Below are positions 14,946-20,000 of a stretch of DNA of 20,000 nucleotides, one piece after another. The first letter of the stretch is position 1; each line of letters starts with the position of its first letter. Origin of the DNA: an uncultured virus (IMG/VR IMGVR_UViG_3300030202_002298) (Duplodnaviria; Heunggongvirae; Uroviricota; Caudoviricetes); IMG/VR virus record IMGVR_UViG_3300030202_002298, positions 50,723-70,722 of that record; one strand, 5' to 3'. Both the position numbers and the translations under genes were made by a program. A model generated the notes under the pieces. That model saw nothing but the letters and a program-made list of their open reading frames with translations. It made no database searches and had not been told where the DNA came from.

Positions 14946-17900
14946 TTAGAAGCCGATTGCGGTACTAAAAGCCTGACGCTTAATTGCTTCTGATGAAGGA
15001 AGGTCTAAGTCTCTTGTTATCTGGCTTCTAAATGAAGTCGCAGTTTTAGGTTTCTCTAGTTTTCCTTCACTTGGGGTTATCCCTAAAATCGTTCCATATT
15101 CGTTTATATTCCTGATCGTCTGCTGTACTGACGCTTGGCCATCTGCATTCATTGTATCCAGTAATTCGTAGTATTCTGCGGCTGTAGGCATTGTTTGGAA
15201 TACATATCTTAATGGGTGGTATGCTTGGAAACTACGCTTCACACTGTCTATTGGGTCTTCTTTGCCCATCGCTTCAGCTTCCAGCACTGCTCTTTGCCAT
15301 GCTTTATCAAACCACATCTCGTCATCCACGACTGCTGCCATAAGCATTTCAGATACCCAAGGTCGCATCCTAGTTGATGTAATCCCTTTAGCTCCAGAGA
15401 ATGTGCGAACATCGAGATCCATATATCTACCTGCTGCCCTGAGATAATTGTTTGTAGATATTCGACTAGCCATTGCGTATTCCTGCTCAAACATCGGCTC
15501 TGATCCTGCCTTGGCTAACCCATTGTTTAAGATCTGAGCGTACTGAAGGAACCCTGCACCACCTAAAGATGTGGCTAATGGTCTGTAAACCGTGGCGTAG
15601 TTTGCACTCCGTTGTGCTGCCATATTGGTTATGACCTTCTTAATAGTGCCTAACGTATTCAAAGCATACACTCGGCTATCAATACTTAGCTCTCTGCCAG
15701 ACTCATTATTCAAGGTAGTGTTCATTATCTCACCACCAAATCCGAATGTTCCTACCCTATCAAATCTTTCTATTGCTATCTGAAGGGCATTGTAAGGGTC
15801 AGTCTGGATCTCCTCTAGGCTAGGCATTCCGTCACCTTTAAATATCAATCCCTTACCAGCTTGTAAGCTACTCTTCTTACCTAGTATCTCTTCGTCATAT
15901 TCGTCCCTCAAGTAAGCGTAGATTAATCCTATAGGGAAGACAGCCAAGTAAGCTTTAAGTGCCTCCACGTTGCCTAGTAGGTAGCCGTATGAGTTCCTGT
16001 CAGTTGCGACTGTCTTATTGACATCAACAAACTTTTGAACACTCCAGCCAAGTAAAGGCATAGAAGCGTAAGCAAATCCGTTAGTCAGGAATATAGGAGA
16101 TCTAGTTGTTACATCTGTTTCCATCATTACCTGAGATACAGTTGTGTGGGCTAAAGCCATATACAGTGCATTCTCAGTAGGTAAATAGCTGGCTGCTAGT
16201 GGATCTGCCTTCATGTCTGTTTTCTTTCTGTTGATGTAGTCGAGTGCTACTTGTTCAACATTGAACCCAGACTCAAGCAAAGTGTTATACATATGGTGAT
16301 AAGCCTTGCTGTTATTAAAGAACAAGAACGACTTACCGTAACCCATCTCATCTAATGCCTTATTAAGTCCAGCTTGCCCAAGGGCTTTCTCGTTAAAGAT
16401 CATCCCGTGCTTCTTGTAGACTTCCATAGCTTCAGGATTGTTCTCGATGTACTCAGCGGCATTTACGATAAAGTTCCTGAACATCTTCCAAGTACTGATT
16501 GTGTTAGCCATTGATGACTGCTTGGCAATCTGTGAGAAGATAGCTTGTGGTCTAAATACTGGGAATGCTCCTCTCCCTTCCTCGGCAGATCCTATTCCTG
16601 TTTCCAAGAAAGCTCTGATACCTCTGGATGTAGTTTCAAAAGCCTTACCTATTAGACCTTTGCTAACCATCTCATCAGCCATGTTGGATTGGAACTCAGT
16701 GCGTAATCTTCTAAAGAACCCTCCCTCTAAAGAAGCTGTTGCATCATCAAGTCCAATGTCCATCATCTTAGCCATGTCATCATGGGCAAACTTGATACTT
16801 CTATTAAACATCTGGAAGAAACTACCAAACCCTAAGCCTAGGGAATTAGTTATATTATTCTTCATCATCTGGAACCCGAATCTATTTAGCCCCATTCTTT
16901 TCCAAGGTTGTTCTACAATTGAAATGGTATCAATCAAAGCTGTTCCAGGTGACTGCACGATTAACCCTGTCATGGATCTAATCAAATCATTGAACACGGA
17001 GAACTCCATTGCAGAATCACGCTCTTTAGATATGTAGGCTTTAAAGAAACTTTCGATCTTCTTCATCTGCCTTTGATTGTTGATTGCGTTTCTTAAGTAC
17101 TTACCTGTGTATTTTGCACCTTTGCCCTGAAGTTCCTTAGCAAGTTCATCATACTTCTTAATGTACATTTTGCGGCCCCATCCAGTAATCCTAGAAACAA
17201 GCCCCATCTCCCCAATCTTTTCCTCTATTTGTTCGTGGAAACTAGCAGCATCATCCATCTCGCTATTAGCAAGTGCGAAATCGTTATTAACTTGAACCAT
17301 ATCCCTACCAAATGCGGATTCAGCAGCAAGGTTCTTGACGTATTGATACATCTTTCTTTCTGTAAACTCTGCATAATCAACCCACTCAAGAGGGAAGTCA
17401 TTGAACTTACGAGCATCCATCATCACATGAATAGGAATAGCCCTCTTGTCTCCTAGGAAACCGTTTGCTTCATCTGATTGAGAGATAACACTATTAAGTT
17501 TACCGTAGAATCCTTGTAGTGTGTGTAAGACATTAGCTTGGAACTCTCTGGAATCTTCAGCACTTACCTTTGCACCAATAGTAAGAGTATCAAGGAAACC
17601 TTTCATGTTAATAGAATTATCCCTTAAATCAAAAGCAGCTTCCACTAAACCTTGAGGCAGTGGGTTTCCGTCCTCATCTTTGAATACACTTTTTCCAGGT
17701 CGTTTAACAATTTTTGACACGAAGTTATCCATAGTGCCTATACCCCCCTCATACATTTGTAGTATGTAATTGTTAAATTCTTCCTCAGACATTTCCTTTA
17801 TTTGGGAAACGCTTTTTTGAAATTCTTTTCTACCCCATACACCTTTAAGTCTATTGTAAACATTTTTGGCTACAGAGTTCGTCTGCCTCATTGTGGTAGT

Positions 17901-20000
17901 TAGGCTTGATCCAATTCTTCCACGGAAATAATTACCTTCACTTTCATATACCATTACCCCCATGTCATCAGAGATCCCAGCGATCTGCCTAGAATTAATT
18001 GCAGTCTGTTTATAGAAAGCTCTAAGCTCTGCTTCTGATTTATCAATAACAGGTTTTAATTCTCTAATTTTTCTTAATTCATTTAACCAAGTGTCAATTA
18101 ACCTATCTTCTCCTATATCCCTATTCGGTGCATCATTTAGAATATCTCTTCTGTGATGGAAGAACTGCATAGCTTGGTGATAGAACTGCTTTTTAAAACC
18201 ATTCATATCCCTAATCACGCCAGCTCTAGCGACAGCGTTCTTTGCTTCAGTTAATTTCCTGCTCCAAACTTTACCGTTCCTGACAGCAGACTTAGCACCA
18301 CTACCTGCAAAGGAAGCTATGTATGTTGCGAACTTCTTAAGCTGTGCTGCTATCTTACTTGCCGCAGGTGATCCAGACATCTCAAGCATATCAGTCAAGC
18401 TGCCCATCATTCTAACCACAAAACTGTTTGATAATTCTCTATGATATTGGACGGCTTGGATTTCAGTCATCCTGTCTACCATCCTTTTAATCATGTAGTA
18501 CTCTCCACCACGACGACTTTCAGGCTGTTTCTGCAACCAACTGTTCATCTTCTCGATGTCTTGTACGATACCTCCGATTTCTTTTATATCTCTGAGGTTA
18601 AGTGTCTTTTGATTATCTTCGTTCTTAAGTTCATTTATTGTGGAATCAGGAGATGGAGGAACTACATATAAAGCCCCATCAACTGCTGCCCATTCTTTAC
18701 CAGAACTAGACGCCCCTCTGAACCAATCAGGAAAGATACTCTCTCTTCTGAATAAAGAACCAATTCTCTCAAGAGTTTCTTCTAGGTTAGGCATTACTGC
18801 GTCATAGATCTTTAAGTCTCTTTCAGCGATAACTCTTTCTTGAAATACATTACGAGATTTTTCTAACGCTTCAGTAAACTCAAACAGAGCTATCTCTGCC
18901 TTCCTTGTAATACGAGTAAACGCACCGCTTCTGGTTCTGTCTCCATCCACATATGTACGCCAACCCTTCAAGGCGTTTTCGATGTTTCCATCTATTGCAG
19001 TTTTTATTGCCGTATTAAATGCTGTAGTCCACCCATCTACATCAGACTCCCTTCTCAATGAAAGAAGACTCATTAATGATTTTTGCCTACGAGCCACAGA
19101 TATTGCTAACGCGAGCATCGCTGGATCATTGAATACTTCGAGTAAAGGATCACCTAATGATTCAATAAACTCTTTTATCTTCTTAGCATTTCTCCAAGGG
19201 ATAGCACCAAGAGATGCTTCATTGCTAACTAGCGTGGCTAACCTTTCAAATGCATCAGTAATTCGTTCTGCCCTAGCTCTGTTTAATGCTCGGTCAGTTG
19301 CTTTACCTCTACCTACAATTGCGTCTCTTGCTTTTTGAATCTCTTCATCAGTAGCAGTCTCACCCATTTCGCTTAGGGCTTTGCTAATCATGTTGTCCGT
19401 CTTCTCTGCTTTGCCTTTTACTACTTCATCAACTGTTTCAACAATTCTGTTCTGAATAATTTTTAAATCTTTATAGTTTGAAGCAAGAAGGTTTAGTTTT
19501 ATTTGCAGTTCCTTATGTCTGCTAACCGCTGATGACTTAACATCAAAAGATAACTGAGTGTCAGCCTCTATGCGTAGTGAATTTATGTTAGTCTCGACCT
19601 GGCGTAGTAGTTTATCAAGAGCTTCAGCAGCACGGGGTCTGGCCTCTTCGACTTCGAGATCTTGCAGTTGTGTGTTCGCAAGTGACGGGTCGCCGGATAT
19701 TTCCAAGGCTTTTTTAATCCTCTCATCAGGTAGTTTATTATTAGTAATTTCCTTAATGAAGTTCTCCTTACTCATCTTCCCGTACACACCACTCGTTCTT
19801 CTGAATGAATCGTGTAGGTTTGATAGTATATCTTTTAAAGCATTGTTGGTTGCTATGATCCTTTGTGCTTCCATTCGTACAACAGCAAGATCAACTTGGT
19901 CATACATATCACGATCAGGAGCAAACATTACTTTAGTGAAAAGAAGATTATGCTCTACTGCTTCAGGTGAATCACCGACAACCTCCTTATACTGTACAGT
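14946..20000 (-). CDS. Giant alpha-helical protein, probable internal virion / DNA-ejection protein (>1684 aa, 5'-truncated)
   Basis: The frame stays open from the ATG at 19928 to the window edge (24 more codons, TVQYKEVV...). Charged helical composition with a C-terminal region of Gly/hydrophobic segments (SPIFLTNGFAYASMPLLGWS; YLAVFPIGLIYAYL), as in podovirus-type ejection proteins. Precedes the tail genes. Confidence 0.7.
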   Translation of the reverse strand, partial: TVQYKEVVGDSPEAVEHNLLFTKVMFAPDRDMYDQVDLAVVRMEAQRIIATNNALKDILSNLHDSFRRTSGVYGKMSKENFIKEITNNKLPDERIKKALEISGDPSLANTQLQDLEVEEARPRAAEALDKLLRQVETNINSLRIEADTQLSFDVKSSAVSRHKELQIKLNLLASNYKDLKIIQNRIVETVDEVVKGKAEKTDNMISKALSEMGETATDEEIQKARDAIVGRGKATDRALNRARAERITDAFERLATLVSNEASLGAIPWRNAKKIKEFIESLGDPLLEVFNDPAMLALAISVARRQKSLMSLLSLRRESDVDGWTTAFNTAIKTAIDGNIENALKGWRTYVDGDRTRSGAFTRITRKAEIALFEFTEALEKSRNVFQERVIAERDLKIYDAVMPNLEETLERIGSLFRRESIFPDWFRGASSSGKEWAAVDGALYVVPPSPDSTINELKNEDNQKTLNLRDIKEIGGIVQDIEKMNSWLQKQPESRRGGEYYMIKRMVDRMTEIQAVQYHRELSNSFVVRMMGSLTDMLEMSGSPAASKIAAQLKKFATYIASFAGSGAKSAVRNGKVWSRKLTEAKNAVARAGVIRDMNGFKKQFYHQAMQFFHHRRDILNDAPNRDIGEDRLIDTWLNELRKIRELKPVIDKSEAELRAFYKQTAINSRQIAGISDDMGVMVYESEGNYFRGRIGSSLTTTMRQTNSVAKNVYNRLKGVWGRKEFQKSVSQIKEMSEEEFNNYILQMYEGGIGTMDNFVSKIVKRPGKSVFKDEDGNPLPQGLVEAAFDLRDNSINMKGFLDTLTIGAKVSAEDSREFQANVLHTLQGFYGKLNSVISQSDEANGFLGDKRAIPIHVMMDARKFNDFPLEWVDYAEFTERKMYQYVKNLAAESAFGRDMVQVNNDFALANSEMDDAASFHEQIEEKIGEMGLVSRITGWGRKMYIKKYDELAKELQGKGAKYTGKYLRNAINNQRQMKKIESFFKAYISKERDSAMEFSVFNDLIRSMTGLIVQSPGTALIDTISIVEQPWKRMGLNRFGFQMMKNNITNSLGLGFGSFFQMFNRSIKFAHDDMAKMMDIGLDDATASLEGGFFRRLRTEFQSNMADEMVSKGLIGKAFETTSRGIRAFLETGIGSAEEGRGAFPVFRPQAIFSQIAKQSSMANTISTWKMFRNFIVNAAEYIENNPEAMEVYKKHGMIFNEKALGQAGLNKALDEMGYGKSFLFFNNSKAYHHMYNTLLESGFNVEQVALDYINRKKTDMKADPLAASYLPTENALYMALAHTTVSQVMMETDVTTRSPIFLTNGFAYASMPLLGWSVQKFVDVNKTVATDRNSYGYLLGNVEALKAYLAVFPIGLIYAYLRDEYDEEILGKKSSLQAGKGLIFKGDGMPSLEEIQTDPYNALQIAIERFDRVGTFGFGGEIMNTTLNNESGRELSIDSRVYALNTLGTIKKVITNMAAQRSANYATVYRPLATSLGGAGFLQYAQILNNGLAKAGSEPMFEQEYAMASRISTNNYLRAAGRYMDLDVRTFSGAKGITSTRMRPWVSEMLMAAVVDDEMWFDKAWQRAVLEAEAMGKEDPIDSVKRSFQAYHPLRYVFQTMPTAAEYYELLDTMNADGQASVQQTIRNINEYGTILGITPSEGKLEKPKTATSFRSQITRDLDLPSSEAIKRQAFSTAIGF

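Noticed and set aside
16438..17037. 199-aa + strand ORF and other antisense ORFs (4223-4615, 4972-5214, 6160-6543, 7939-8172, 8707-8955, 10396-10695, 11347-11598, 18982-19338, etc.)
   Set aside because: They are shadows of well-supported minus-strand genes, with no recognisable motifs.

Overview
This window is part of a temperate tailed-phage genome, apparently in its non-integrated form. On the + strand, an unknown ORF and a tyrosine integrase (715-2103) converge on a complete minus-strand tRNA-Met(CAU) gene (2104-2180). Next comes an attP-like region (about 2222-2465) with arm-type repeats and a 7-bp core identical to the CAU anticodon loop. Everything else is on the - strand and is late/structural. 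In transcription order: a 5'-truncated giant internal-virion-like protein (>1684 aa), two small structural proteins, a 366-aa fibre, a 2427-aa mosaic long tail fibre, a tandem pair of DUF2589-like genes, several tiny basic or Cys-rich ORFs missed by the ORF track, two small holin-like genes, a PD-(D/E)XK nuclease and a short type IV pilin-like protein ending in CxxCH. The integrase and pilin styles suggest a Verrucomicrobiota/PVC host (inference). The best leads are: (1) integration that would break a host CAU tRNA, rescued by a phage-borne copy; (2) a phage DUF2589 pair with a pore-former-like beta-hairpin; (3) a minimal pilin with a heme-c motif next to attP. All family calls come from motif recognition by eye; no searches were run.
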